Below, piece after piece: positions 1 through 10,298 of a stretch of DNA of 64,000 nucleotides (its first letter is position 1; every line of letters starts with the position of its first letter). A program made the translations under genes and the position numbers. The stretch is from Phycisphaerae bacterium (GTDB lineage Bacteria > Planctomycetota > Phycisphaerae > UBA1845 > Fen-1342): the NCBI GenBank assembly GCA_963675745.2, contig CAXXWX010000019.1, positions 416,001 to 480,000 of the forward strand. The letters are read 5' to 3'. A model generated the notes under the pieces. The model had not been told where the DNA came from. It made no database searches and saw only the letters and a program-made list of their open reading frames with translations.

Positions 1-373
1 CTACCACCGCCACGCGCCCGTCAAAATCGCGCAGCGCCTTGACCGTCTGCCACACCGGCGTGTCGATGTAAGAGCTGCCGGCCGCCTGGAGCACTTCTTC
101 ACGCCCGCGGGCCAGCTCGGAGGCGGCCGTGATCGCGCCGTTGCGGGATGTGATCCGCGAGACGATCGCGCCATCAACCTGCCCGGTCTCCATCAAGTGC
201 AGCAGGATCGCCGATGCCAGGCCACCCGAAGCGGCGTGTGCGCGGATATCCGCGTCACGCGCGTAGCCGATGTACATCTCCTGCTCGTCGATCCGCAGCG
301 AGGGCGTGGTGGCCGGACTGCCTCCGCCGGGTGTCGATGCTGACGTGGCCTGTATTTGTTCCGGACTGTCCAC
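1..373 (-). CDS. Coenzyme F420 hydrogenase/dehydrogenase beta-subunit (FrhB/FdhB) domain protein, N-terminal part; runs off the window
   Basis: Manual translation from GTG 373 gives ...MYIGYARDADIRAHAASGGLASAILLHLMETGQVDGAIV...EEVLQAAGSSY...GRVAVV, matching the FrhB N-terminal pattern. Not in the ORF track because it has no stop in the window. Confidence 0.75.
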   Translation of the reverse strand, partial: MDSPEQIQATSASTPGGGSPATTPSLRIDEQEMYIGYARDADIRAHAASGGLASAILLHLMETGQVDGAIVSRITSRNGAITAASELARGREEVLQAAGSSYIDTPVWQTVKALRDFDGRVAVV

Positions 374-378
374 TTCGC

Positions 379-1251
379 TTACAGGCATCGGTCCCTGCGA
401 ATCGCGGACACCTGGTCACACAGGAGTCCGAACATGAAGATGATCAGTGTGGCGATTGACAGCAGCACTGTCGAATCACTCAAGCCCGGCGCACCGAGTC
501 TGACCAAGCGCCATATGTCGATGGCAAAGCTCGCCACGCTGATGGCCAGCATGCCGCCCGATACGGTCAGAAACACCTTGAGCGGCTCGAACAGCACGGC
601 CAGCCGCAGCACGAGCAGCAGCGTTTCGAATCCGTGTCGAAACTGCTTCACCGTGCTCTTGCCCAGGCGCGGAGCGACCTGGATCGGCACGTACTTTACT
701 CGCCGGCCGGTCTTCATCATCGCGAAAGTGCTCGTCGTCGAGTATGAAAATCCCTCGGGCATCAGGTGCAGATAGCGCGTCATGACCTCGCGGCGCACGA
801 TCCGCAGGCCTGAATTCAGATCGGGGATCTTCTGGCCGGCCAGGTAGTTCGCGAACCAGCGCAGGATGCGCTTGCCCGGCCGGCGGCTGAGCGGCGCGTG
901 TGAGTCACTGCCTCGCGCGCCGACCACCATGTCGTAGCCGTCGGCCTCTTCGATCAAGCGGGCCACATCAGCGGCCGAATGCTGGCCGTCGCCGTCACAA
1001 TACAGCACATAGTCGCGCTGCGCCGCGCGCGTACCGGTTTCCAGCGAAGCCCCATAGCCGCGGCGATGTTGGTGATCAATCACCAGCGCCCCGGCCTCCC
1101 CGGCAATCCGTCCCGTGTCGTCGGTTGAGCCATCGTTGACGACAATGATCTCCACCCCGGGTAGCCGCTCGCGCACCGCGCGCACGGTGTCTCCGATCGC
1201 CAGTGCTTCGTTAAGTGCCGGTATGACTACCGTAACCTGGGCGGGATCCAT
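379..1251 (-). CDS. Glycosyltransferase family 2, DPM1-like polyprenol-phosphate glycosyltransferase
   Basis: VVIPALNE, VVNDGSTD, DGDGQH and DLNSGLR motifs; two C-terminal TM helices. Confidence 0.9.
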   Translation of the reverse strand: MDPAQVTVVIPALNEALAIGDTVRAVRERLPGVEIIVVNDGSTDDTGRIAGEAGALVIDHQHRRGYGASLETGTRAAQRDYVLYCDGDGQHSAADVARLIEEADGYDMVVGARGSDSHAPLSRRPGKRILRWFANYLAGQKIPDLNSGLRIVRREVMTRYLHLMPEGFSYSTTSTFAMMKTGRRVKYVPIQVAPRLGKSTVKQFRHGFETLLLVLRLAVLFEPLKVFLTVSGGMLAISVASFAIDIWRLVRLGAPGLSDSTVLLSIATLIIFMFGLLCDQVSAIRRDRCL

Positions 1252-1320
1252 CGGAGGGTGTCTCTCCTGGCTTCGAACAGCGGATAGGCTAGCCGGTCAG
1301 CCGTCCGGTGTAAACGAGCG

Positions 1321-2883
1321 TCACTCAGCGCCCGGAGGTGCCGTCGAGTCGCCGGCGGATTCAGCGGTGGGGCAGGCAACGGCGGGCGCTCGATCGCGGC
1401 GGAGCCTGCGCCACGCATTTTGCGCGACGCAACACGCCTGCCAGGGAGCAACCGCCGCCGCCAGAAACCAGAGCGGCCAGACCGGCATGAGATACCGGCT
1501 GACCGGGAACAGGATTGCGACGTGCGCCGCAACAAAAGCCAGCGCGCCAGTAAACACCAGTGCCGTACACCAGTCACGCCGCAACAGGGCCAGCGGTATG
1601 GCCAGCACCGTGAGTGCGAACAGGGGAATCTGTGGTAAACCACCGATGAGATTCCGCTCCCACCAGGCCACATAGGCCCGTGCCGCGCCGCCGGTACCGC
1701 TCATCGCGAAGCTGTTGAGGCCCAGGCGCTGTGGGTCACCGACGTACTGCTTGTTGTCGCCGTCTTCGGCCAGCCGACCCAGCGCCCAGTTGATCCACGA
1801 CGCCTTACCCGGATTCGGACCATCGGCCGGCGTGTAGTTCAACAGCCAGCAGCATGCATACCCACAGTATCGCAGGAATTCGCCGGGCTTGGCCCCGATG
1901 CTGGCCCGGTTCCAGGCTGACAGGCTGACGCCGTATTCGTTGTCGCGCTTCAAGTGCTCGTATGCGAATGCGCGGGTTGCTTCCCAGCTCGGTTGTTTGC
2001 CCTCGAACTCGCCGATTGCCGCCCGCAGACGCTCGTCAGCGGGGAACTCGAGGTCGAGCAACCCGAAGTGCAGCAGTGAACGCCACTGCATAACGCCGAA
2101 GCCGCTGGCCACGCCGGACACGTCGCGCTGTCGGTTGTAGAGCACCCACGGGCCCAGCGTCAGTCCGACACCGAGCACGGCGAGCGCCAGATGTACGCCG
2201 ATTCGCTTCCAATTGCCGGCGCCGCACCTCAAAGCCCATGCCAGGACGAGAAACGGGATCAGCGCCTGGCACGCGGGGCGCGTCAGCGCTGCGCCCGCCA
2301 GCGCGGCCCCCAGGATCACGCCCATCAGCGGCTTCAGCCGCGTTGTGGCGAGCGCCAGCGTGGCCGCCGCCGCGACCAGTGCCAAGGCCAGCGGTTCGGA
2401 AAGCGCGTAGTGTTCGATTGCCAGCAGCCACGGATCGGCTGCCGCTAGCACGCCGGGTATGATGGCCCACCAGCGCCCCGTGATACGAGCGGCGGCGTAC
2501 GTGAGCAGGGCCGTCATCGCGCAGCCCAGCAGTACGTGCGCGACCAACACGCCCGTCGCGCTTACGCCGAAGACGTGATATACACCCGCCAGAAATACCG
2601 GATAGCCCGGCGTGCGCACTGCCGGGATCGCGCCGAAGTCAGCGCTGGTCGCCAGGCGTTTGGCGCTGTTTAGATAGCCGACACCGTCATTCGTGATGAC
2701 CAGCGGCAACGCGCCCAGAAACCACAATCGCAGTGCCAGCGCCAGCGCCGTCAACGCCATGACCACGGGCCACACGGGCCGCCGGCAGCTCGCGGGCACG
2801 GTGGCCGTCGCGACGCTTGCCTCGCACTCATCACCGCGTCCGTTGGCAGCCGGTGGCCCCGCGTTAAGCGAACTGGTTGACAT
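1321..2883 (-). CDS. ArnT/PMT-like (GT-C fold) integral membrane glycosyltransferase
   Basis: Multi-TM protein with NDGVGY after TM1, RTPGYPVFL, LSEPL, LTRP and RYLMP motifs; start uncertain (2883 or 2910). Confidence 0.75.
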   Translation of the reverse strand: MSTSSLNAGPPAANGRGDECEASVATATVPASCRRPVWPVVMALTALALALRLWFLGALPLVITNDGVGYLNSAKRLATSADFGAIPAVRTPGYPVFLAGVYHVFGVSATGVLVAHVLLGCAMTALLTYAAARITGRWWAIIPGVLAAADPWLLAIEHYALSEPLALALVAAAATLALATTRLKPLMGVILGAALAGAALTRPACQALIPFLVLAWALRCGAGNWKRIGVHLALAVLGVGLTLGPWVLYNRQRDVSGVASGFGVMQWRSLLHFGLLDLEFPADERLRAAIGEFEGKQPSWEATRAFAYEHLKRDNEYGVSLSAWNRASIGAKPGEFLRYCGYACCWLLNYTPADGPNPGKASWINWALGRLAEDGDNKQYVGDPQRLGLNSFAMSGTGGAARAYVAWWERNLIGGLPQIPLFALTVLAIPLALLRRDWCTALVFTGALAFVAAHVAILFPVSRYLMPVWPLWFLAAAVAPWQACCVAQNAWRRLRRDRAPAVACPTAESAGDSTAPPGAE

Positions 2884-3133
2884 GCGCCGCCGGTTCCTCC
2901 AGGTCAGCAACCTCGCCGATTAAGCGCGAAGCCTAGTCGGCCATACCACAAGAATCAACGCGCCGTGCGTGTGGGGCTGATTGACAAACCACCGTCCTGC
3001 GCACACGCTCACCAGTGCAATTACCCGATTCTTTGCGGATCAGCGCCACCCGATTTTTGCACGCGGACACCGGTGGCCAGCCGACGCCCAATAGACAAGT
3101 GGTACACTGCATCCCGCACGCTGGAGATTTGAA

Positions 3134-5185
3134 ATGTTGACCGTCCCGCTGGTTGTCGTCGTCGTGGTCATCGCGCTCGCCACCGTGGGCTTTGCGGCCG
3201 GCGCCGCAGATACGCATCCGTTCACCGTACACGATCTGCTGGCGCTGGATCGTGTAAGCGACCCTCAGGCATCGCCTGACGGCCAGCGCGTCGTCTTCGC
3301 GGTGCGCGAGACGGACCTGGAGGAGAACAAGGGTCGCACCGATCTGTGGCTGATTGACGTGTCCGGCGCCAACCAGCGCAAATTGACCGCGCACAAGGCC
3401 GGCAGCAGCGGAGGCCGCTGGTCGCCCGACGGCAAATGGGTCTACTTTCTGTCCAAGCGCACCGATCTCACGCAGGTATGGCGCATCGCGATCGACGGCG
3501 GCGAGGCCGAACAGGTCACCGATCTGCCGCTCGACGTCGGCTCCTTCAAACTCTCGCCTGACGGTGAGCACCTGGTGGTCAGCCTCGAGGTCTTTCCCGC
3601 GGCGCCGACGCTGAAAGACACCAAGGAGCGGCTGGAGGCGCTGGAGCAGAGCAAGGCCAGCGGCCGTGTGTACGAGCAACTGTTCATTCGCCATTGGGAT
3701 ACCTGGAAGGACGGGCGGCGGTCACACCTGTTTGTCGTGCCCGTGGCCGGCGGAGATGCCGTTGACGTTACCAGCGGACTGGACGCCGACGTGCCGTCAA
3801 AACCGTTCGGGGGGGCCGGCGAATTCATCTTCACGCCCGACGGTAAATCACTGGTGTTTTCGATGCGGGATGCGGGGCGTGAGGAGGCCTGGTCAACACA
3901 CTTCAACCTGTACGCCGTGCCGCTCGACGGTTCGGCCGCGCCGCGCGTGATTGTGGATGGCGAGGGGGCGGTCGTTGCTAACCCGGTGTTCTCGCCCGAC
4001 GGCAAGACGCTGGCGTATCGCGCGATGCAGCGCGCGGGTTACGAGGCGGACCGCTTGCGGATCGTGCTGAAGGCCTGGCCGGACGGCGCGCCGCGTGTGT
4101 TGACCGAGGACTGGGATCGATCCGCCGGCGCCATCGACTGGGCGGCGGACGGCCGCGCCATTTACGTGACCGCCGCCGACGTCGGACAACGGCCGCTGTT
4201 CGCCATTGACGTCGATGACGGCGCCGTGCGGAAACTGATTGGCCCCGGATACGTGACTGACGTCGTAGTGGCCGGCGATCGACTGGTCTGCGGCATGTGC
4301 AGTCTGCGCGGCCCGGTCGAGCTGTATACCGCCGATTCAAACGGCGGCAACGTCACGCAAATCACCAACTTCAACGCCGAGCGGATTGCCGCGACCCGGA
4401 TGGGTGAGGCCGAGCAGTTTTCATTTGAGGGCTGGAACGGGGAACCGGTCTACGCCTGGGTCGTCAAGCCGGTCGATTTCGATCTGGATCGGAAGTACCC
4501 GGTGGCATTCCTGATCCACGGCGGCCCGCAGGGCTCATTCGGCAACAGTTTTCATTATCGTTGGAATCCGCAGGTTTACGCCGGTGCCGGATACGTCGCC
4601 GTCATGGTGGATTTCCACGGCTCGACGGGCTACGGACAGGCGTTCACCGACGCGATCAATCACCACTGGGGAGATCGCCCCCTGGAGGATCTGCAAAAAG
4701 GCCTCGCCGCCGCCCTTGAGAAATACCCCTGGATGGACGGCGAGCGCGTCGCGGCGCTTGGTGCGAGCTACGGCGGCTACATGATCAACTGGATCGCCGG
4801 CAACTGGCCCGACCGCTTCAAGTGCCTGGTCAACCACGATGGCAACCTCTGTGAGCGGTTGGCGTATTTTGATACCGAGGAGCTCTGGTTCCCCGAATGG
4901 GAGCGCGGCGGCACGCCGTGGGATAATCCCGAGGCGTACGAGAAGCACAATCCGATCAACCACGTCGGCAAGTGGCAGATGCCGATGCTCGTCATTCACG
5001 GGCAGAAGGACTACCGCGTGGTGGATACGCAGGGCATTTCGACATTCACGGCGTTGCAGCGGCGCGGCATCCCCAGCAAGCTCCTGTACTTCCCGGACGA
5101 AAACCACTGGGTGCTGAAGCCGCACAACAGCATCCAGTGGCACGAAACGGTGATCGGATGGTTGGATCAATGGTGTAAAGAATGA
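3134..5185 (+). CDS. Secreted S9 family (prolyl oligopeptidase/acylaminoacyl) peptidase
   Basis: Signal peptide, WD40-like SPDG repeats, IHGGPQ, GASYGG nucleophile, D (KDYRV) and H (DENHW) of the catalytic triad. Confidence 0.92.
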   Translation: MLTVPLVVVVVVIALATVGFAAGAADTHPFTVHDLLALDRVSDPQASPDGQRVVFAVRETDLEENKGRTDLWLIDVSGANQRKLTAHKAGSSGGRWSPDGKWVYFLSKRTDLTQVWRIAIDGGEAEQVTDLPLDVGSFKLSPDGEHLVVSLEVFPAAPTLKDTKERLEALEQSKASGRVYEQLFIRHWDTWKDGRRSHLFVVPVAGGDAVDVTSGLDADVPSKPFGGAGEFIFTPDGKSLVFSMRDAGREEAWSTHFNLYAVPLDGSAAPRVIVDGEGAVVANPVFSPDGKTLAYRAMQRAGYEADRLRIVLKAWPDGAPRVLTEDWDRSAGAIDWAADGRAIYVTAADVGQRPLFAIDVDDGAVRKLIGPGYVTDVVVAGDRLVCGMCSLRGPVELYTADSNGGNVTQITNFNAERIAATRMGEAEQFSFEGWNGEPVYAWVVKPVDFDLDRKYPVAFLIHGGPQGSFGNSFHYRWNPQVYAGAGYVAVMVDFHGSTGYGQAFTDAINHHWGDRPLEDLQKGLAAALEKYPWMDGERVAALGASYGGYMINWIAGNWPDRFKCLVNHDGNLCERLAYFDTEELWFPEWERGGTPWDNPEAYEKHNPINHVGKWQMPMLVIHGQKDYRVVDTQGISTFTALQRRGIPSKLLYFPDENHWVLKPHNSIQWHETVIGWLDQWCKE

Positions 5186-5664
5186 TCGTGAACGGCTGGA
5201 GATCACGAACGAATCGCCGATGCGCCCTGATCCTGGGGGTGTGCCTGGTCGCCACGGCATGCACGCAGCCACATGGCGAGGTCATAACGGCGCGGAATGA
5301 GGAGGCCGTGCGCGGTCTGACCGCTGCAGATCTCGCAGGCACGTATGAGGAGAAGTTCGATCGCGCGACGTTCACTATCAGGCTCGGCGAGGATTGCACG
5401 TACGCATTCAGTTTGAGCGCGTGTCTCGGGCCATGTCTCTTGGATGAGGGCACATTTGAGGTTGTCGGAGATTGCGTGCTGCTTGCGCACCCGCAGCACC
5501 CACAACACCCTGAGCGTCTTCCAACGGCACCGCTGGTGATTGATGACGAACGAACGGTTCTCGTAATGGCGACGGAGAGATACCCGCTCAGCGATCGTGA
5601 GCGGCGCGACGTTACCGCGCGCGCGGGACTTCGGAGAGTTTCATCGGCATCGCATGGGCGATGA
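5182..5664 (+). CDS. Hypothetical lipoprotein
   Basis: ATGA overlap with the peptidase stop; basic N-terminus, hydrophobic stretch and ATAC lipobox. Confidence 0.45.
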   Translation: MIVNGWRSRTNRRCALILGVCLVATACTQPHGEVITARNEEAVRGLTAADLAGTYEEKFDRATFTIRLGEDCTYAFSLSACLGPCLLDEGTFEVVGDCVLLAHPQHPQHPERLPTAPLVIDDERTVLVMATERYPLSDRERRDVTARAGLRRVSSASHGR

Positions 5665-5709
5665 AGCTGCTCGCTACCAACTGACACCGACAAGGTAAGG
5701 TGAGGGACA

Positions 5710-7212
5710 ATGAACGCTTCGAATGAACACGCAGTCGCCGCACTCGAACCGCAGGCCGTCTGGCGTTTCTTTGCCGGCATCGCGTCGACGCCGCGGCCTT
5801 CGAAGCATGAAGAGCAAATTCGGGCGCACGTGAAGGCGACGGCCGACGCGCTTGGGTTCACCTGGCGTGAAGATGCCGTTGGGAACATCGTCATCTCCGT
5901 ACCGGCCTCGCCGGGCAAGGAAAGCGCGCCGACCGTGGTGCTCCAGGGCCATCTCGACATGGTCTGCGAGAAGAACACCGGCACCGACCACGACTTCGAG
6001 AACGACCCGATCAAGCTCATCATCGACAGGGACCGCGACAGCGGCGAGCAGATCGTGCGGGCCGACGGCACGACGCTCGGCGCGGACAACGGCCTGGGCC
6101 TGGCGATGGGGCTGGCGGTGGCGAGTTCGCCGGACGTCGTTCACGGCCCGCTCGAACTACTGTGTACCATCGACGAAGAGATGGGCATGACCGGTGCCGC
6201 CGCGCTCGAACCGGGGTTCTTCAAGGGCAAGATCTTCATCAACCTCGATTCCGAGGAAGACGACATCCTCTACATCGGCTGTGCCGGCGGCGGCGACACT
6301 GTCCTGTCCTGGTCGTTCGACCTGCACGGCGTCGATGAAACGCTCGAACTTGCCCGCGTGACGGTGAGCGGGTTGCGCGGCGGGCACTCCGGCGGGGATG
6401 TTCACGAGAACCGCGTCAATGCCAACAAGCTGCTCGCGCATACGCTTACTTCCGCCGTCGGTGACGGCCTGCGTATTGCCACAATCAACGGCGGCAGCAA
6501 GCGCAACGCGATCGCGCGCGAAGCCAGCGCTGTTGTCGTGGGCCCGCGCGGCACGCGCGCCGCGCTCGAAAAGACGGTCGTAATCGTGCGTGACGACGCC
6601 AGACAACGCCTGGCGGAGCCAAACGCCAATGTGACGGTCGAGTTCGTCAGAAACACGCCCGGTACAACCGCGCTGTCGGCGCCCGACACGCAGACGTTGC
6701 TCGCGACCATTGCCGGCCTGCCCCACGGCGTGCTTGAAGTGCATCCCGGCGTGCCCGGGTTGATCCAGACCTCGAACAACGTCGCGACAATCAGCTCCGA
6801 GACTCGTGATGGCAAGCTGCGCGTGCGGATCGGCACTCTCAGCCGCAGCTCGGCTGATGGAAAAGTGGACGCGGTGCGCCGGCAAATCGCGGCGATCGGC
6901 CGGCTGGCAAGCGCGCTGGTGGAGTTCGGCGGCTCGTATCCCGGTTGGCAACCGAACGTCGATTCACCCCTGCTCAAGACTTGCGCAGGCGTATACCAGC
7001 GCTTATTCGGGGTTGAGCCGACAATAACCGCCATTCACGCAGGCCTGGAATGCGGCATCATCGGTGAGCGGATCGACGGCCTGGACATGGTATCACTGGG
7101 CCCGCGCATCACCGGGGCACACAGTCCGGACGAGCAGACATACGTCGCGTCCGTCGAGAAATCCTACCGCCTGCTGACGGCGGTGCTGGCGGAACTATCA
7201 ACCACCAACTGA
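5710..7212 (+). CDS. pepD: Aminoacyl-histidine dipeptidase (M20 family)
   Basis: PRPSKHEE, LQGHLDMVCEK, TTLGADNG, DEEMG, NLDSEE, GGHSG, IHAGLECG and HSPDE motifs. Confidence 0.93.
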   Translation: MNASNEHAVAALEPQAVWRFFAGIASTPRPSKHEEQIRAHVKATADALGFTWREDAVGNIVISVPASPGKESAPTVVLQGHLDMVCEKNTGTDHDFENDPIKLIIDRDRDSGEQIVRADGTTLGADNGLGLAMGLAVASSPDVVHGPLELLCTIDEEMGMTGAAALEPGFFKGKIFINLDSEEDDILYIGCAGGGDTVLSWSFDLHGVDETLELARVTVSGLRGGHSGGDVHENRVNANKLLAHTLTSAVGDGLRIATINGGSKRNAIAREASAVVVGPRGTRAALEKTVVIVRDDARQRLAEPNANVTVEFVRNTPGTTALSAPDTQTLLATIAGLPHGVLEVHPGVPGLIQTSNNVATISSETRDGKLRVRIGTLSRSSADGKVDAVRRQIAAIGRLASALVEFGGSYPGWQPNVDSPLLKTCAGVYQRLFGVEPTITAIHAGLECGIIGERIDGLDMVSLGPRITGAHSPDEQTYVASVEKSYRLLTAVLAELSTTN

Positions 7213-7262
7213 TAACTGCCAACTGCTAGCTGCCAACTGCCAACTGACGACTGATGACTCAT
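7207..7262. repeat. Imperfect heptamer tandem repeat (about 8 units of AACTGCC-type)
   Basis: aactgat aactgcc aactgct agctgcc aactgcc aactgac gactgat gactcat fills the gap between convergent pepD and ilvE. Confidence 0.8.
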
Positions 7263-8281
7263 CACACCTTGCGCACCCAGCCATATGGGTCGGGCGCGTC
7301 GCCGTTCTGGATCGCGGTCAGCTTGTCGTATAGCTCGACGCAGGTCTTGCCCGGCTCGTCGCCGTCGCAGTAGACCGCCTTGCGGTCGCGCCAGGTGATC
7401 GAGCCGACCGGCGTGATCACAGCGGCGGTGCCGCAGCAGCCAGCCTCCGCGAAGTCGAAAATCTCACCGACCTCAATCGGACGCCGTTGCGGACGCAGGC
7501 CCATCTCTTCGGCCAGCGTGATCAGAGACTTGTTCGTGATCGACGGCAGAATCGACTCGCTTTCCGGCGTGATATACTGCCCGTCCTTGGTGATCGCGAA
7601 GAAATTCGCCGGCCCCGACTCGTCCAGGTACTTCTTCTCGCGCGCATCGAGATAAAGAACTTCGGTGTAGCCGGCCTCCCTGGCGGCGATGCTGGCGCGG
7701 AGACCGGCGGCGTAATTGCCGCCGACCTTGGCATCACCGACACCCAACGGCGCGGCGCGGTCAAAGTTCTCTTCCACCACCAGATGCACCGGCTTGAAAC
7801 CGGTCTTGAAGTACGGGCCGACCGGTGTAACCAGCACGATGAACAGGTACTCACCTGCCGGCTTCACGCCGACCTGGGGCCCCGTGCCGATCAGCAGCGG
7901 GCGGATGTACAGACTCGCCCCCGTGCCGTGCGGCGGCACGTATGCGCGGTTCGCATCGACCACGCGCATAACCGCGTCGATAAACATGTCTTCCGGCACG
8001 GGCTCCATGTGGATCTTCCTGGCCGAGCGGGCCAGGCGCGCGGCGTTTTCCTCGATACGAAACACCACGACATCGTCGCTCTTGGTGCGGAACGCCTTGA
8101 GCCCCTCGAAACACTCCTGGCCGTAATGCAGACACGTCGCAGCCATGTGCAGCGGAATGACTTCCTCTGAGGAAAACTCCCCCGCGCTCCAGGCGCCGTT
8201 CTTCCAGGTGTATCGGATGTTGCAGTCCGTCTTCCGATAGGCGAAGTCCAGGTTTGCCCAATCCAGATTGACGCTTGCCAT
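7262..8281 (-). CDS. ilvE: Branched-chain amino acid aminotransferase
   Basis: LHYGQECFEGLKA, LYIRP, AKVGGNYA, ILPSIT and GTAAVITPV motifs; GAGGAGG RBS before ATG 8281. Confidence 0.93.
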   Translation of the reverse strand: MASVNLDWANLDFAYRKTDCNIRYTWKNGAWSAGEFSSEEVIPLHMAATCLHYGQECFEGLKAFRTKSDDVVVFRIEENAARLARSARKIHMEPVPEDMFIDAVMRVVDANRAYVPPHGTGASLYIRPLLIGTGPQVGVKPAGEYLFIVLVTPVGPYFKTGFKPVHLVVEENFDRAAPLGVGDAKVGGNYAAGLRASIAAREAGYTEVLYLDAREKKYLDESGPANFFAITKDGQYITPESESILPSITNKSLITLAEEMGLRPQRRPIEVGEIFDFAEAGCCGTAAVITPVGSITWRDRKAVYCDGDEPGKTCVELYDKLTAIQNGDAPDPYGWVRKV

Positions 8282-8393
8282 CTTGGCCTCCTCGATTCCG
8301 CTGCGCTGCAAGGTGGTCATGTGCCGTCTCCCGTACTGCTCCACGCCGAAGTCGGGCTCTCAAGGCCTCGGCATCGGCGACACGTATTATGAC

Positions 8394-9104
8394 TCAATCG
8401 CGCTGGTTCGTCTGCCCCAGGGCGAAGTCCGCGGCGGCCCGCGCGTGAATAATCGCCGTATCGAACAGCGGAACCGGGCTGTCGGCGGCTTTGATCAGCA
8501 GGCCTATCTCGGTGCAACCGAGGATTATGCCCTCACAGCCGGCGTCAACCAGGTGCTGTATGACGGCCTTGAGACTCTCGCGCGAATCGGCCGAAATCAC
8601 GCCGCGGCAGAGTTCTTCATAGATCACCGCGTGCACCATGCCGCGCTCGGCCTCGTTCGGCACGGCAACACCCAGGCCGTGTCGCTCAGACAGGCGGCCA
8701 ACATAGAAATCCTCTTCCATCGTGAAACGCGTGGCCAGCAAGCCGACTTTGCGACACCCCGCGGCTTGCACACTTCGCGCCGTGGCGTCGGCGATGTGCA
8801 GCAGCGGGATGTCGACGGCGCTCTGAACCGCGTCGGCCGTCTTGTGCATCGTGTTTGTGCAGATTGCCAGCAACTCCGCACCAGCGCGCTCCAAACCCCG
8901 CGCCGCTTCGACCATCAGCAGCTCGGCCTGGTCCCAGGCGCCGCGCGCTTGCACACGTTCAACCTCATCGAAGTCGAGTGACAGCAACAGACACCTGGCC
9001 GAGTGCAACCCGCCCAGGCGTTCGGCGACACGCTCATTGATGATCCGGTAATACTCGATGGACGACTGCCAGCTCATCCCGCCGATCAGTCCGATGGTCT
9101 TCAT
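8394..9104 (-). CDS. Aspartate/glutamate racemase family protein (YgeA/RacX-like)
   Basis: MKTIGLIGGMSWQSSIEYYR, CTNTMH and LGCTEI motifs. True start is ATG 9104; the ORF-track extension to 9917 is an antisense shadow. Confidence 0.9.
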   Translation of the reverse strand: MKTIGLIGGMSWQSSIEYYRIINERVAERLGGLHSARCLLLSLDFDEVERVQARGAWDQAELLMVEAARGLERAGAELLAICTNTMHKTADAVQSAVDIPLLHIADATARSVQAAGCRKVGLLATRFTMEEDFYVGRLSERHGLGVAVPNEAERGMVHAVIYEELCRGVISADSRESLKAVIQHLVDAGCEGIILGCTEIGLLIKAADSPVPLFDTAIIHARAAADFALGQTNQRD

Positions 9105-9221
9105 GCGTTTATCGTACGCGACAAAGCCTGCACGATGCCAGCCGGTTTCCGGCTGCGAGGCAGCCGTGTGGCGGTTATGATCTCGCCCAGGCCGTTGGTT
9201 CTGCTTCAGGGAGGCAGCCGC

Positions 9222-10298
9222 ATGTCGATATCCGTTACCGACCCGATTGAAAAGGCCATCACGCGCACGAAAGAGATTCTCTTCAGGCCCTTTGATGCCG
9301 GGAAGTGGTTTAAGCTGGGGTTTTGCGCGTTTCTGGCGGCTCTCGCCGAGGGCGGAGGCAACCCGGGCTTCAACGGTGGCGGCGGCTGGCGCGGCAACTG
9401 GCCGGGCGGACCGGGGAGAATGCCCACTACCGAAGACGCCTTCGACTGGATCCACACCAACATCGCCGCCATTGTCAGTATCGGCCTGCTTATCCTGATC
9501 GTTCTGGTCGGCCTCTGGGCGCTGCTCGGCTGGCTCAGCGCCCGCGGCCGGTTCATGTTTGTTGACGGCATTGTGAAGAACCGCGGCGCCGTTGTGGAGC
9601 CCTGGCACGAGCACCGCCAGTTGGCTAACAGCTTCTTCGTATTCAGCTTTATTCTCGCCCTCGGCGGGTTTGCCGCATTCGTCTTGACAACGATCCTCGG
9701 CACGGCGCTTGCTTGGCCCGACATCACCGCGGGCACATTCGGCGACGCCGCCTGGTCCGCGGTTATCTGGGCCGGCGGGCTGCTGGTCCTCATGTGGGTG
9801 GCGTTGGGGCTTGTGACGTTGCTGCTGACGCACTTCGTGATGCCGACGATGTATGTTCGCCAGGTGCGCGTGATGGATGCGTGGTCGATCGTGCGCCACG
9901 AGGTTCTCGCAGGGCACGTCGGTACAATTGTCCTTTACTTCCTCATGAAGCTGGTCTTGGGCATCGCGATTACGGCGTTGGCACTCGTTGCAACGTGCGC
10001 CACATGCTGTATCGCGGGGCTACCGTACATCGGCACCGTGGTGCTGCTGCCGTTGATCGTGTTTCAACGCTGTTACACGCTCTATTTCCTCGAGCAGTTC
10101 GGTGACGATTGGCGTTTCTTCCCGGCAGAGGATGAACCAGTGGAGTGCTGCGCCAATTGCGGCTACGACCTGCGCGGCGGCGTTTCAAACTTCTGCCCGG
10201 AGTGCGGCAGCCCCACGCCCCCGGGGTTCGTACACCCGCCGCCCTCGTGGCCCACAGATGGGGTGCCCCAGGCTGGACCCGACGACGGATTCAGCTAG
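9222..10298 (+). CDS. Multi-pass membrane protein with C-terminal zinc ribbon
   Basis: GGGAGG RBS, several TM segments, C-terminal CANCGYDLRG...CPECG. Confidence 0.75.
   Translation: MSISVTDPIEKAITRTKEILFRPFDAGKWFKLGFCAFLAALAEGGGNPGFNGGGGWRGNWPGGPGRMPTTEDAFDWIHTNIAAIVSIGLLILIVLVGLWALLGWLSARGRFMFVDGIVKNRGAVVEPWHEHRQLANSFFVFSFILALGGFAAFVLTTILGTALAWPDITAGTFGDAAWSAVIWAGGLLVLMWVALGLVTLLLTHFVMPTMYVRQVRVMDAWSIVRHEVLAGHVGTIVLYFLMKLVLGIAITALALVATCATCCIAGLPYIGTVVLLPLIVFQRCYTLYFLEQFGDDWRFFPAEDEPVECCANCGYDLRGGVSNFCPECGSPTPPGFVHPPPSWPTDGVPQAGPDDGFS

Noticed and set aside
9105..9917. N-terminal extension of the racemase ORF (507 aa)
   Set aside because: Antisense shadow of the membrane protein gene; the racemase family start is MKTIGLIGG at 9104.
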